From assembly GCA_043228905.1 (NCBI GenBank), contig JBHGNT010000020.1, positions 4,588,001-4,652,000 on the forward strand: DNA of 64,000 bases. Direction: 5' to 3'. This DNA is from Azolla caroliniana. Its lineage: Eukaryota; Plantae; Polypodiophyta. The position numbers and the translations under genes are program-made. The stretch's first letter is position 1; the number at the start of each line of letters is the position of its first letter. Below are positions 13,539-26,639 of the stretch, piece after piece. The notes beneath the pieces are model-generated. The model did not search any database. It saw nothing but the letters and a program-made list of their open reading frames with translations, and was not told where the DNA came from.

Positions 13539-14462
13539 TCAGACGGTATCCGAAATCCGCTTCGACTCGCGTTCCGGAGTCCGTGTCGACTTGCGTCGAC
13601 TCACATTTATGCGGAGTTGCGGAATCCATGCTCCAGCTTGCGTTGTGCGTAGTTGCGAAGTTTGCGCTTCGGCTTGCGTCTTTCTTCGCGGCTTTACGCG
13701 GTAGATCGTCTTGCATTGTGCGTAGTTGCTCTTCGCGGCTTCGTTGCGCCGTTGCAGAATCCATGCGTTATTGCTAGTGTCTTTAGTACTCCCCCTCAAG
13801 CTTGGCAGGTTAGGGATCGTCAATCCGAGATTGGTCATGAATTGCCATAGCTTCTCGGCTCCTAAGGCTTTAGTGAAGATGTCGGCCGTTTGGAGGTTGG
13901 TGCTAATGTGTTGTAGGTCGACATCGCCAGCTAGAACGCGCTCTCGGATGTAGTGATAGTGCACTTCAATGTGCTTTGTTCGCGCGTGGAACACCGGGTT
14001 CCGAGCCAGATAGATACTGCTCATGTTGTCGCAGTAAAGGGAAGTCGGATCCTTGATGGGTACGCCCAAATCCTTGAGTATCCTTTTGAGCCATACGGCT
14101 TCACATGCGGCCACTGCCGTGCCCCTATATTCCGCCTCTGTGCTTGAAAGAGTGATGGTTGGTTGCTTTTTGCTGCTCCAGGATATTGCTCCGCTGCCGA
14201 GGGAAAAAACAAATCCGAAGGTTGATCTTCTATCGGCTTTGTAGCCGGCCCAATCGGCGTCTGTGTAACCCTCGAGTCGTATTGGCATCGCAGTCTTGTA
14301 GAGGATGCCGCAATCCATTGTGCTGCTCACGTATCTTCCATGTGCAATGATTCGACCCCCTTTTTCGATGAAGCACCCTTCTTGGTCGAATCGTACTTGC
14401 ATCCCTTGCTCAACCATTTGGCCGACTGAGACCAAATTCTTCGTGATGGTGGGAACATGCAA
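13539..14462 (-). pseudogene. In-frame fusion of post-protease region to RT end/RNase H
   Basis: HVPTITKNLVSVGQ...RIIAHGR|YVSSTMDCGILY...GYTDADWAG; junction near 14334. Confidence 0.85.
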
Positions 14463-15515
14463 GACATTTTTAATGTATGTTTGCTTACCTCTTTCGCCGA
14501 ACGGAACATTGCCGATGTGTTGAATCGGGTGCGTAGTATCATCTCCGGTTTCGACATAACCGGGTCACTCCGGCTCTCAAAGTTCGAGAAACCATTCTTT
14601 ATGAGATGTCATATGGTTTGAGGGCACTAGTTGAGGTAGAGGCCGACATAGAGTTTGCTCTATGTTTCATCATGAACATTCCGCCACAGTCAGAGTTGTG
14701 TGCATACATTTTGCCACGATCTTCGTAGTTAGAGTTGTGCCCGTACATTCTACTATACTCTTCGTAGTCGGAATTGTGCGTGTAATTCGTGAGTTGTCGG
14801 CTTGTGGAAGCCGATTCACGCATCTTCTTTCGGCACTCTTCTTCGTGGTGACCGAGCTTTCCGCAATATCTGCATTCAGTTGCGTTTTGACGGCTCGGGC
14901 CGGAGTGGAAGCTCCCCCTTCTTGCGAAGGTTCCTCGTTGGCTTCCGTTTTGCGGCCAAAATTGGGAGTTGTTGTCGTAGGTCAGACCTCGTCTGCCTTG
15001 TCCTTGGCCGAATCGGCCTCTCACTCGTTCGCATCCTCTTCCTCCATTCGAGTGCGTGTAGAGCATGTGGCCTTCTGACTCATTGCTCCTTGTATGCACG
15101 TGGTTTTCTCCGACCAATAGCATTGATTGGAGCTCGAAGAAGGAGGGAGATTTCTCCCTTGCTAGAACGGTGGTTCGCATCGCGCCGAACTGTGGTGCGA
15201 GGCCGACGAGGCATATTTGCACCATCTCATCTTTATCGATACTTACGCTTATCGAGCTGAGCGAGTCACAAAGCTCCTTGATCTTTAAGGTGTATGTCGT
15301 GATGGACATGTCCCTTTGTTGAATGTTATTCAACTCTTGGCGGAGTTGAAGCCTTCTTGCGGTTGTGTTCACCACGAAAATCTTTCGTAGATTTTCCCAT
15401 GCCTCCTTCGGCGTCTGGCTTCGCGAATGGAGCCGAGCATGTGATCGTGAACACATGTCGCCAAGCAATACATCACGTGGCTTGCGGCTTGCGGCTTGCT
15501 CCCATGTTGCGTATC

Positions 15516-16636
15516 TGAAAGCCGCTGTTGTATGAATCTTCTCACACTATGTAAAAAATAAATAATAAAATAAGTACTTTATAGTAGCTTAATGGCATGT
15601 TATAAAAAGAGGGATGTTTGAGAAGATAGGGAAAATTGAACTATGATTTATCCCACATAGATAGGAAACTTAAGGCCCTGGCTATATAAGCACTTTGAGA
15701 CCCCTCATTTTCATTTGTGCTAAGAACACTTTGGCCACTTTGTCTTGATGGATGATAGTGGCTAAGTTCCCAAAAACCAGAAATCGATCGGTAAGCAATC
15801 TAGAACCGGCTGGTAAGCAAAACCGGAAACGGTCGGGAAGCAATCCGGAACCGGCCGGTAAGCAATCCGGAAGGCCTGGTAAGCAAAACCGGAAATTGGG
15901 CGGGAAGCAAACCGGAACCGGGCCGGTAAGCAAAATCGGAAATTGGCCGGGAAGCAAACTGAAACCGGTCGGTAAGCAAACCGGAATCGGCGGTGGAGTC
16001 GACGAGGCAGCGGCAATCAGCGACCGAATGGAACCGGCAACCGGACAAGGCTGGACGCAAACCGAACGGATAAAAGGATCATGTGGCTAATTAAAGTAAA
16101 GTGAAGAAAACTAAAGTAAAGGTCATGTGGATGATCGCATGCAACTAAAAGAAAAAGCTAAGCAACTAAAAGTAGAGGCCACGCAACAAAAAGTGGACAT
16201 GCATATAATCAACTAGGAACTCCATATAAAATTCCATCTTTTTTTTACACTCATTCTCCCTCCATATTTTTAATTTTCTTTTCCTTCTCAGCTACCTTAT
16301 CTTAGGAAAGCCATAACTCTCATAAAACCTAAATTCCCTATAGATGCCATAACACTCAAAAACCCTAATTTCCTTACGGAAGCCATAAACCCTAAATTTC
16401 CCTACAGAAGCCATATCTCTCAAAATCTAAAATCTCTTATCAAAGCCAAAAACCCTGAATTTCTATTGAATCCATATTTAATTTCCTCTTATCTATTACT
16501 CTAGTAATCTCCATTAACTAAACCTTTTGTAATCGCAATCTTGAGATTGATTGTAATCTTTCTTTCCCTTTATTAATGAAATTTGTGAATCTTTCTCATT
16601 TTGTATTAATTGTTTAATATAATCATACGAATTTGA
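15516..16636 (+). repeat. Solo LTR inserted in copia gag
   Basis: TGAAA...TTTGA termini (expected TTTCA), 4-bp TSD TATC, TATA-like site near 16225; removing it restores gag reading PTGRYATWEQAA. Confidence 0.7.
15775..16070. repeat. Degenerate tandem repeat (CCGGTAAGCAAAACCGGAA-type units) in solo LTR
   Basis: Repeated GGTAAGCAA/GGGAAGCAA plus ACCGG units are directly visible. Confidence 0.85.
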
Positions 16637-18234
16637 TATCTTCCGGTCGGAGGCCCTGGGGTCTTGCCTCAAGTTCACGTGTCTTCGTCGTATTTCCGCG
16701 ACACCGCTTCGGCGGGTTGGTCTTCGTGCTCTCCTTTGATGTAGCTCCAATAGCCTTGTCCAACAAGGTATTGGTGCATCTTGTACTCCCAAGATGCGAA
16801 GTTGTTTCGATCCAACTTCTCGGTAGGGAGAGCGCTCCGCATTTGAGTATTCATTATGTCAATTCTTCTTCTTCTTCTTCTTCTCTCTTCGAATGCGAGC
16901 TATGTAGCGAAGCTACAATAGCGATGAGCCGGTTCTTCTTGAACGTCGACGTAGCACTCAACATACACGGATGGTCTAGATGGAGCTACCAAACTGCTCT
17001 GATACCATGTAAAGAATCGGGTATGATTCTTGTGTAGCAGAATAGGTGTGAACTTTGTGTGTGTGTATGAGAGAGAGAGAGTGAGTGAGAGAGCCAAGGA
17101 GTAAGACACAGAGTATACGCAAGGTAGATTATATTAACAAAGGAGAAAGACTCAACATTATACAAGGTGGGAGGAGGGTGCTTTATATAGTCACCCTCTC
17201 TCTTCATTAACTACAAGACTCATGGAGCATGGGGAATGTGAAAGCTCATAAGTTATGTGTCATAGAATATGATTCTATGACTCATACTAAATGCTAGAAT
17301 ACAAAGTGGTGACATAATGGTGACTCTTGACCGTTGGGGTGTCTATTCACTCTCAAGGTGAGTTCACACACTAGACCAAGTTGAGCTTGATTCTCAACAG
17401 TGATTGTCACAGGAGAACTACATGACAAAGGTGCTCCAGAGGTTTAGCATGGAAAACACAAAGCCGTTCTGGTCGATAATGCCGACCAATAGCAAGTTAT
17501 CTAGTAGACAATGTCTGAAGACAAAGACAGAGAAGGCTAATATGAGTAAGCTCTCGTACGCGTCAGTAGTAGGAAGCATGATGTACCCAATGGTATGTAC
17601 CAGGTCGGACATCGGATACATAGTCAGAGTGGTCAGTCGGTTCATGAGCAATCCGAGCAGAGAGCATTGGCCTGTAGTCAAGTGGATACTCCGGTGCCAG
17701 ATAGGCACCTTGAGCATGTGTCTCTAATTCGGCTCAGGTAAACGCATATTAGAAGGTTTTACTTACTTAGACATGTCGGCTAATGTAGATACCAACCAGT
17801 CCACGTCCACGTATGTAATGACTTACGTAGGGGGAGCCATCTCGTGGTAGTTTAGGTTATAGAAGGTCGTGGCTCTGTCAACCACGGAAGCAGAGTATAT
17901 GGTTGTAGCAAAAGTCGGTAAGGAAATAATTTGGATGAAGGAGTTTATTGGAGAGGCAAGAATTCGGCAAGAGGAATTCCGACTCTACTACGACAACCAA
18001 AGTGTCATCCACCTTGCAAAGAATGTCACCTACCATCCGAGGACCAAGCACATCCAAAAGAGATGTCATTGGCTCTAGGAGAGGGTAGAGGAGAAGGACA
18101 TTGCACTGATGAAGATCGACACATTGAGAATGGATCGAACATACTAACGAAGGTGTTGTTGGCAGAGAAGCTGGACACATGCCAGAGACGGGTCGTATTG
18201 ACGAAGCACCCCATGCCGAAGTGAAAGGGGAGTT

Positions 18235-18500
18235 TGTTGTGAAACAACTCCCTCCGAATGGGAAGTAAAGCATGAGCCGTATTTGAGTCCAAAGAACCAA
18301 CTATGGATAGGAGGAGCCAACACTCAATGGGAAGCAAAGCATGAACCGGATCAATTGGATCCGAGGAAGAAGAAAGACCTGATCTGGATCAGATCCAGAT
18401 AGGCATCCGAAAAAGGTAATATTTGTAAATAGGTTTTGCTGCACCTATTTGGGCCAGAATTGTAAGTAGCCCTAAGGTTGTATTAGTAGCACACTTGCCC
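18235..18500 (+). repeat. Degenerate Tork-like 3' LTR fragment
   Basis: TGTTG follows the PPT; ATATTTGTAAATAGG motif shared with the LTRs at 28312 and 43900. Right end uncertain. Confidence 0.55.
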
Positions 18501-21500
18501 GTAGACAATGACTTGGCGTCATTAGGCACACACACAAAAATCATTGCATCGCACAAAATCAGTTAAGATTCGGCTCAATAAATGGGAGAGTGGCATACAC
18601 AATGCAATGTGCAAAAGGTCCATGAGTTGAGCGTGTGCAATTAGTGCAAACACGTTCGACCCATATAACGCATGTTTGTTACCACAAAAGCTATGCCAAG
18701 ATGATTTCTACTCTTTGTTGCAATATCACCGAATGGCTAATCCATCTCTCCTCTTTTTCATGTACAGAAGAAAGCTCCATATAAAACATGTTTGTTACCA
18801 CGAAAGTAATGTCAAGATCATTTCTCCTCTTGGTTACAATATCACCAAATGTGTTATCTATCTCAATATTGTGATAAAAATTTAATGGTAAATGCTTATA
18901 TTGTCTAGTTTCAACTTTTTAATGGAGTTCACAATAATATTCCTAATAAGACCTTGAATCAGAACATGGTTGGACACTCTTAGAACGTTTGATCCCCAAG
19001 AATGAAGTTTAAACCAGGAATAATGTTCATGGTAACAAAGATACATGCATGACAATTTGGTAAAGTGCATCAATTCTATTGTCGAGGATAAATTAATCAA
19101 TATTATGAAAATGATGACTTTACTTTGTTTGGAAAGATCATGATGGCTTCGTTTCTAATAGTAATAAATTGATAATAATAATAGCACATCCCCACCACTA
19201 TTAGTTTGGAGGGGAAAATCGAAAATGCATTTATTCACAATTAGGGTATATGTACACTTTGCGTTCATATTGAAGTCCATGTCAATTGTTGCTATTCATT
19301 GTGGTTGTAAAGTGTGTGCATGTTTACGATTGTGGTTGCTAAGTGTATGCAACAATGTGTATAGCTTAAAGATTTGGCATGGCTTCTATTTTATTGGATA
19401 TCGTTGTATAGATATATAAATATCTCTAAATATAGTGTTCTTTATCAAATTAAACTTAAACATTGCCTTAAATTCCACGATGCATGATTGTCATGGTTTT
19501 AATGTAATATCCATTGAGCAATGCCAACGATATATAATACTCTTTCTTCAAATGCTAATTTATAATGAGCAAAATTCCAATCAATCGATTACTCAATGAG
19601 ATGACATACCTTTTACAATTGTCCAATGTCTATTTATGTCATGTTATTGGCGGGTCATTAATTACTAAATGTAGGATTCTTACAATGCCCTTGCCTTTTG
19701 AATAAATTTTTGTTTCTAATTAATTGAGATTTTGTTGGTACATGAACCTTTTGTGGAAGGTTTGCAAGCACTAGTACTCTAATGAATGCATTGCTAAACA
19801 AATAGAAAAGGTGTATGTGTATGTTTAAGTTTGAAGTATAATACATTATTAAACAAGGAGAAAGTTGGTAGTCTAGGATGGGTTACTACATGTAACAAAC
19901 TTAGGAGACACTTAATTTACAAGTCGAATTTATTAGTAGTACACTTAGGGGACATCTAGGTAGTTGGATTTTTAGTAGCACTTCTTCTGTAAATAGTCGA
20001 GCGAAATATATTTCATTGTTTGATTATTAAATGTATACAACTATGAGTATAAGTTAAGAAGAAGGCTACAAGGGGAAATCTTGAATATAAATAAGTTTGA
20101 GGATCTTCAAATATTACAAATACAATTACATGTCACAAAAATGGAGATCCAATGCCAAATAAGGAGTAAATGCATGTTAAATGAGCAAAGTGAATAGGTA
20201 TAGTTATTCCATCGAAAGAGTAACTAATCCATAGCCTTTCATAGGCATGAAACTTCATTTTGCCGATAAATATGACATGAATTTCAAAACTATCCATAAA
20301 TCTATGTAAACCTAGAAATTTTGGAATGTGATCATCGTCCAATTCTAATATGTTCTTCTTGTAAAAACGAAATTAGAAAGCTAATGGGATATTCTTACAC
20401 AATTGGAACAAGATCAACTATTGACCACTCATATGGATGATGCACAAAAAGAGGTAAGGAAAAACGGAAAACTCTAGGTTCATGTCCATCAACCTGTTGG
20501 ATTTGTAATGAAATGTATGGTGCATGTATACACATTGCTAACAATTCTTTCCGAATGTTGCAAATTCTACCATTCGTAGATCATTATGAAATGCCTTTGG
20601 AACCTTCAACATTTTGTGTATTTATTGGTTTTACCATAAAATTTTGAGTTGAAAGCTATGGTTGAGACTCTTGTCGACAAACCGCTACATTAACTGAGGG
20701 TAATGACATTGTCACTGTTTATGACATTGCTTGGTTTTTAATATTTGCTATAAATTTTTAGCCTTTCCAAGAACCTCATTTGAATAATGTACATATGGCA
20801 CAATTGGGAAAACCAACTAACTTTGCCAATTCATTAAAGATTTATTTATTTTTACGTGTACATTCTGATGTTTACATTTACAAAATGAGTGCATACATCA
20901 TTACATATACCAGTTATAAACGTAAATGTTTATCAGAGGAGCGTGATCTTATTGAACATATTTGAGAGGTTTGCGTAAAATGTTTGTATAAAGGTACGTA
21001 CATGCCTCTCTGCATTGGTGGATGATTATGCAACCTAATTGTTTAGGTAAGTGTACATAGAAATGGCATTAATGAATGGGTGTGATGATTCAAGTATTTG
21101 GATGTGCGTGGATATGTATGTATATTATGGTGGTGTGTATGTGCACATTTAAATGTGAGAGACGATGGTTCAATTTAATGTGCACATTAAAGGCTCTTTA
21201 TATGGAACAACTTGCATTTTTTTTCTTTAATGTCATCATAGCTCAAACTTAAGTATTGACAAAAATGCAAATTCAAGTTTATGCCCATTTTTTATGTACT
21301 TATTTGGTGCATGTATGTACATACACATGCATACATAGTTTGTGCAAGATACAACTAACATTGTTTGTGGAGCTTATAATTGCCTAACACATTTGCGTAA
21401 GTATATATGTAACTATGTTGTTGTTTACGAAACACCATTCTCTTGTGAACTGACATATGGTTGCAATATATGTGAAAATTAATGATCATACATTTACATG

Positions 21501-22856
21501 CAACTTAACAATAATGTACAAGGACCATTACCATGTTGTGTTTTTGCTAGTAGTTTTACCCTACGTGTCTCATTTGTGAATGTTACCAATTCTCGTTTAG
21601 GAATTATATTTCTTTGCGTTATAATTGTATATAGCCCATACTAACATTACTAATGTGAAGATTGCGGAATCTACAACATGTTTAGATAAACAGTAAACAC
21701 ACATACATACCAATATTCTTATTTGTTTCATGGATGATGTGTTGTAGAGAAATATGTTTATGATGAACTACCATTGGCCGTTTAAACTGGTGATCATGGT
21801 AGGGGTTATAATATGGGATACATTTATCAAAAGGGCTCATTTGCATAGCACAAAATGCATATATATATATGTATATGTATGTATGTATCTATGTATATAT
21901 ATGTATGTATATATATATATATATATATATATGTATGCATAGTATGAACCATACGTTTCAATCATTCGCGTAAGAAAAACACCCTCAAAGAATGATAAAT
22001 ACCATACTTTTGGATTAACTATTGATTATGAGGTAAATAAGCCTAAAAAATGGACATAAAAAAAAGGGAAAAAAACCGAAAAAAAGACACAAGAATGTTT
22101 CAATAACCTTTGCATTCGTTTTCCAACGTTGGAAAACTAATGTTATGCTAGACGAACACGAATTTTACGTACTATGTATGTATATACATATGGATGGATG
22201 GACGAGTGAGAGATATATAATGTAGAAAGGTCTACTAAGAGCATTTTGCCATATTTAGAAATCCAATTGGGGCAAGACGCTCCACATAGTAATGGTAGTC
22301 ATAGTTTGATGCATACGATAAGTAAGAGATTGCCCACATTTTCAAGATCAGGGAACATTATAGCCATCATCTTCCTTTACCCCACCCACGTATGCGGTTC
22401 CACTACCTGTAATTAATTATTTCTCTCCACCTTCATCTAATAGTAGAACTGGTCAGAAGATGATGATGAAGTAGAACAATTAATTATAGATGGATAGATT
22501 TGGTTGTCCAAAAGCATTGTATTGCGACAATCAACCCATCCATCCATATTGCTAGTACACATTCACACACATACACGTATACACAGACTATATACATACA
22601 TAATATATACGTACGCACCTGATTAAGTAAAATGTACTACATATTACATACATAATATATACGTATGTACATGATTAAGTAGAATACACCCTGTAATTCC
22701 AGGGCTTGAGAGACATTGTTTAAATCATTGAGGAGGACTCTGGCCGCGGCCCGCAATGGATGGTTGATTGATTGATGTGAAACATATATTCATGTGTCAG
22801 TCAAGATATCCGCATATCTAGAAGAGTTGATACTCTTTCTCTCTCTCTCTCTCTCT

Positions 22857-22889
<33 letters not shown>

Positions 22890-23541
22890 AATATAGACAG
22901 TAGCACATATATGATAAAGAATACATACACATACATATATATATTCCAAAGAATATATACATATATCCTGAGTGGCATATGTATATGTATATATATTGTG
23001 TGTGTAGAATGCAGTTCATTTATAAGCACTTCAATGAACAACAAAAAGTTGAAAAAATGGTTACAAACTCTGTGTCAATCACATACACACACACACACAC
23101 ACATCAACTGCTGCTGCTGCCACTAGTCAATTCATACATACACTGGTATCATTCCATAATAATAAATTAGGCCATTCATGATGAGGGAGGTGCTTGATTA
23201 GCTGCAACAAATTATTATTATCATCATTCGGGCAATATACATACATACATATTACATACCATGCATGTATGCATGATACAGCTTCCTCTTCCACTGCGTC
23301 AGCATCAGAGGTGATTGATAAATTACATACATACTAGTAACTACCACCAAAAGTGGGAAGGCCTCTATTCCAATTACCCAAAACTATAACCGAAACTTTT
23401 AAGACCTTCAATGTAGTAGTAACTTATTAAGTAGGAGTAAAGCGATTTTTCACCTCACCATTACCAACAACACACTCCCTCCCTTCTCGTCCCTTGCTTT
23501 CCCTTCCCTCCAAATCCTCACAACTAACAACTCATAAGGAG

Positions 23542-23640
23542 TATATAAGTAAAGAAAGCCCCCAAAGTAACAACACACAGTAAGCTCTCCAAATCAATTG
23601 GTCTCCGTTTGACAAAGAGACACAGACAGACAGACACACA

Positions 23641-23672
<32 letters not shown>
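23542..23672 (+). promoter_or_regulatory. Putative TATA box and (GA)n tract upstream of the host gene
   Basis: TATATAA at 23542 after a pyrimidine-rich patch; (GA)n at about 23640-23672, about 90 nt before the ATG. Confidence 0.4.
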
Positions 23673-23677
<5 letters not shown>

Positions 23678-23758
23678 ATATTCTATATGTAATGAATCAA
23701 TTATGATCTAACTACGACTAAGGTTTTTAATAAATAAAGTTATAGCCTTCAATCAATT

Positions 23759-24023
23759 ATGGGGAACTGTAAGAGCACTACTACTACGACTATTACTACC
23801 ACTACTGCTAGTATTGGTAGTATCACCACCGCTGCCATGTCTTCTGCTTGCAATATTTCTAAATTCAAGTGTATGGACTCAGATGACGCCTCCCATGTGC
23901 CTCACAGAAAATTACATAATTACGTGAGACAATTTTCACGTGACAATGAATCGCACCAATTTTCTCAAGCTGAATGTTTAGCCGATATCTCAGATCATGA
24001 GGCAAATCTATTATGTCACACGC

Positions 24024-24056
<33 letters not shown>

Positions 24057-24524
24057 TCCCCCATCCTGATAATGATAATGGTAATCATCATCATCATCAT
24101 CATCATCATAATAATAATAATCACAGCAACGGTGTTGAAATTTGGTTGCCTCTATCATCTCCGAGAAAATTCAAGGGGGCAATGTTAAGTATGATGTCGG
24201 GTCCCACATCATCATCACCTTCTTCCACTTCACAGCTGACATTGGCGAGCTCTGCAGATGTTGTTGTCGTGGGTACAGATAATGATCAGACTTATAATAA
24301 TAGTATAAGCTGTCATGATAATGAATTTGCCCCTTTTGGAGAAGTTGTGACTGACGGCAAAGCAGTAAGTACGGGCGACAATAATCCAGTAATTGATCAT
24401 CATGTGACAAACTGGTCCATGGTAGTAGAAGAAGGAAGTAACTTGGTAGATGATGATGGTAAACGGAGTGGTAGAGAGGCTCCATGTTATGTCGACAGCG
24501 ATTCAGGTGATCCTCACTGTTACC

Positions 24525-24565
<41 letters not shown>

Positions 24566-25915
24566 ACTACAACATATCATCATCATCATCATCATCAACA
24601 AGAAGAAGAAGGAGGAGGAGGAGGAATTGTTGCAGGCCCCAATATTAGCATCCCTTTTTATGTGAATTCGAGTGCTGCTGCGTTAATGCCGAAGAATAAT
24701 GGGGCGTGCCTGCCCTGTGCATGTGCTGCAGCACAGCGGCTGTCAACGCTGATTCCCCCCAAATTAGATGATCGTAACAGCATTATTATTAGGGCGCCGT
24801 CAAATAATTGGACGACCTTACACAACATCAGCAATTTGCAGGCGCGCACTACTACTAGCACACAATATTATAAGAGAACGGCTGATCTTGCACTCAAACC
24901 TTATAGTAGTAGAAGTAGTCCAAGTGTTCAGCAGGATTCTTATAACTTCAGCTCGTTATATAAATTTTGCGTCAATCACGAGGTACAAAAATCCATGGTG
25001 ATCCGGAAGGATGGGGGCATTATTACTTACAAGAAGAAGTCACATAACCAGATATTATGTGAAAGTAGTAGTAGTGACAAACAGAATAAGGAATGTAATG
25101 CTGCATCAGTTAATGTTTCTGAAATCAAGTGGAACAAGCCGAGAAGATATCCTGGCTATTATAATGTGGATCCCACGTATCGATTTCCACGGGGGCCTCC
25201 TCCGACTCATCATCATGTAGCTCATGCACAGGTGACAACTATTCTGCATCTCAAATCAATATCTGCATATTCATATATTTACAACGTATATATATATATG
25301 TGTGTGTGTGTGTGTAGGTCGCATTCATTATACACGTTCATAAAATCTAGCTACTGTTCTTAATAACGCATATGATTGATTAAATTAAGTTAGGCAAAGT
25401 TTATGTGGATGGCATTGCTCATACTTGGTTTAATCTTAACTTAATAAGACTGGTCTTCATGTAGAGGATCAGCAGGGCCAAATTACAGCATTGCCGTTAT
25501 TATAGTGGTAGAAAAGATCACGTGGTGGCACGCCAGATCATGGGCGGGAGCGGCAGCGGCAGCAACAGCAACTACGTGGAGGTATAATGAATGGATCAGA
25601 TCACCAACAGATCAAAATTGTAACATAATTAATGGTGATATATATAATTTAAGGAATTAGAAGGAAAAGAAGAGCACACATCATCATCATCATCATCATC
25701 ATCATTATCATGAGACTATCTATCTGCGTAATGCAATGCGTAATAGAAAGGAAGGGGCTTAATTTGTGGTGTGGTGGCAGATGCATGATCCTGATGTGGA
25801 GCAACCCAGTAATTGCTCTGAGATGCTGAAAGCAGCAGCCATGGATGCATTTCGTGTTCTGGAGGAGGAGGACAGAATGATGATGACATCCATCCGGGCC
25901 AGGGAGGTGCTTTAG
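23759..25915 (+). CDS. Probable host gene of unknown function, 3 exons (23759-25231, 25465-25581, 25781-25915; about 574 aa), low complexity, N-terminal MGNCKS
   Basis: 1.5-kb open exon with poly-T/H/S/N/G triplet repeats that keep frame; GT..AG phase-0 introns give in-frame exons 2 and 3 ending in TAG; no TE motifs. Confidence 0.65.
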
Positions 25916-26100
25916 CTGCCTACAACTAACTATCTATATCTATCTATAATCGATACAGTATATATATATATATATATAAATGGTAAACGAACGTAAGACA
26001 GAACAATCTACAACCAACCAAAAAAGTATCTGTATTAGCTAGCTAGCCACACACATGCCATTGTTGTCATGATCAGCTCCTGAGATTGAGTAACAGTATA

Positions 26101-26134
<34 letters not shown>

Positions 26135-26639
26135 GCATTCACTTAAAATAAGAATTAATTTATGAAACACGGTTGTCGTGTTGCTGAGAAGTAGAGCCCC
26201 GAACGCATGCTGTGTGAGAGAAAGCAGGAAAGTGAATTACAGGCTGCGCTGCAGTGTCAGTGTGTGTGTGTAGTGAGCTCGCTCAGCTTCAACCACAAAC
26301 AACAGAATCATCCTCCCAAATATTCATTGCATATTATTCCAAAAGGTGTGTGGGCGGGATGGATTTATGTTTGTTTGTCAGGAATGATGATGATGGGATC
26401 CGAGATAGGGATGATGAAAAGCTGAACGTGTCTCTCTCTTCTGCTTCTCCAACACCCTCCAATGCGGAGAATCTCCCCTTTGTTTCTATTGATCATCCAC
26501 AATGAATTTACTTACTAGGTGGGGGTGTGGAAAATAATAATAATTACTTCTTCTTTTTATCCAACATCATCATCATCATCATCATCATAATAATAATAAT
26601 ATTAGTTAGTTATTATTAGTTAGCCTTTGATTTCTCAGT

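Larger units (their letters stand above)
13108..17399 (-). mobile_element. Internally deleted copia family B element with paired LTRs (5' LTR 17008-17399, 3' LTR 13108-13509)
   Basis: Near-identical LTRs TGTAAAG...CTCAACA; TSD GTGGT/GTGAT; Met-i PBS TGGTATCAGAGC at 16996-17007; PPT at 13510-13521; gag with CRYCGKLGHHEEEC; integrase and most of RT missing. Confidence 0.93.
12373..18234 (+). pseudogene. Tork/Tnt1-like copia RT-RNase H, interrupted by the element at 13108-17399
   Basis: LLTDEGEPES, QLDVK, YVDDML, ALSTTEAEY and RTKHI motifs; coding continues across the insertion (RLLWL|SQENY); PPT AGTGAAAGGGGAG near 18220. Confidence 0.9.

Noticed and set aside
18880-20700. Faint DNA-transposase-like words (for example NLVKCINSIV near 19050)
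   Set aside because: Too short and degraded to assign to MULE or CACTA by eye; no termini found.
22790-23170. ORFs over (CT)n, (CA)n and (TA)n microsatellites
   Set aside because: Microsatellite artefacts.
24171-24665. Poly-Met, poly-Ile and poly-His ORFs in alternative frames
   Set aside because: Shadows of (CAT)n repeats within the main exon.
25232-25363. C-terminal part of the 534-aa ORF
   Set aside because: Runs through (TA)n(TG)n after a CAG|GT donor; more likely intron read-through.
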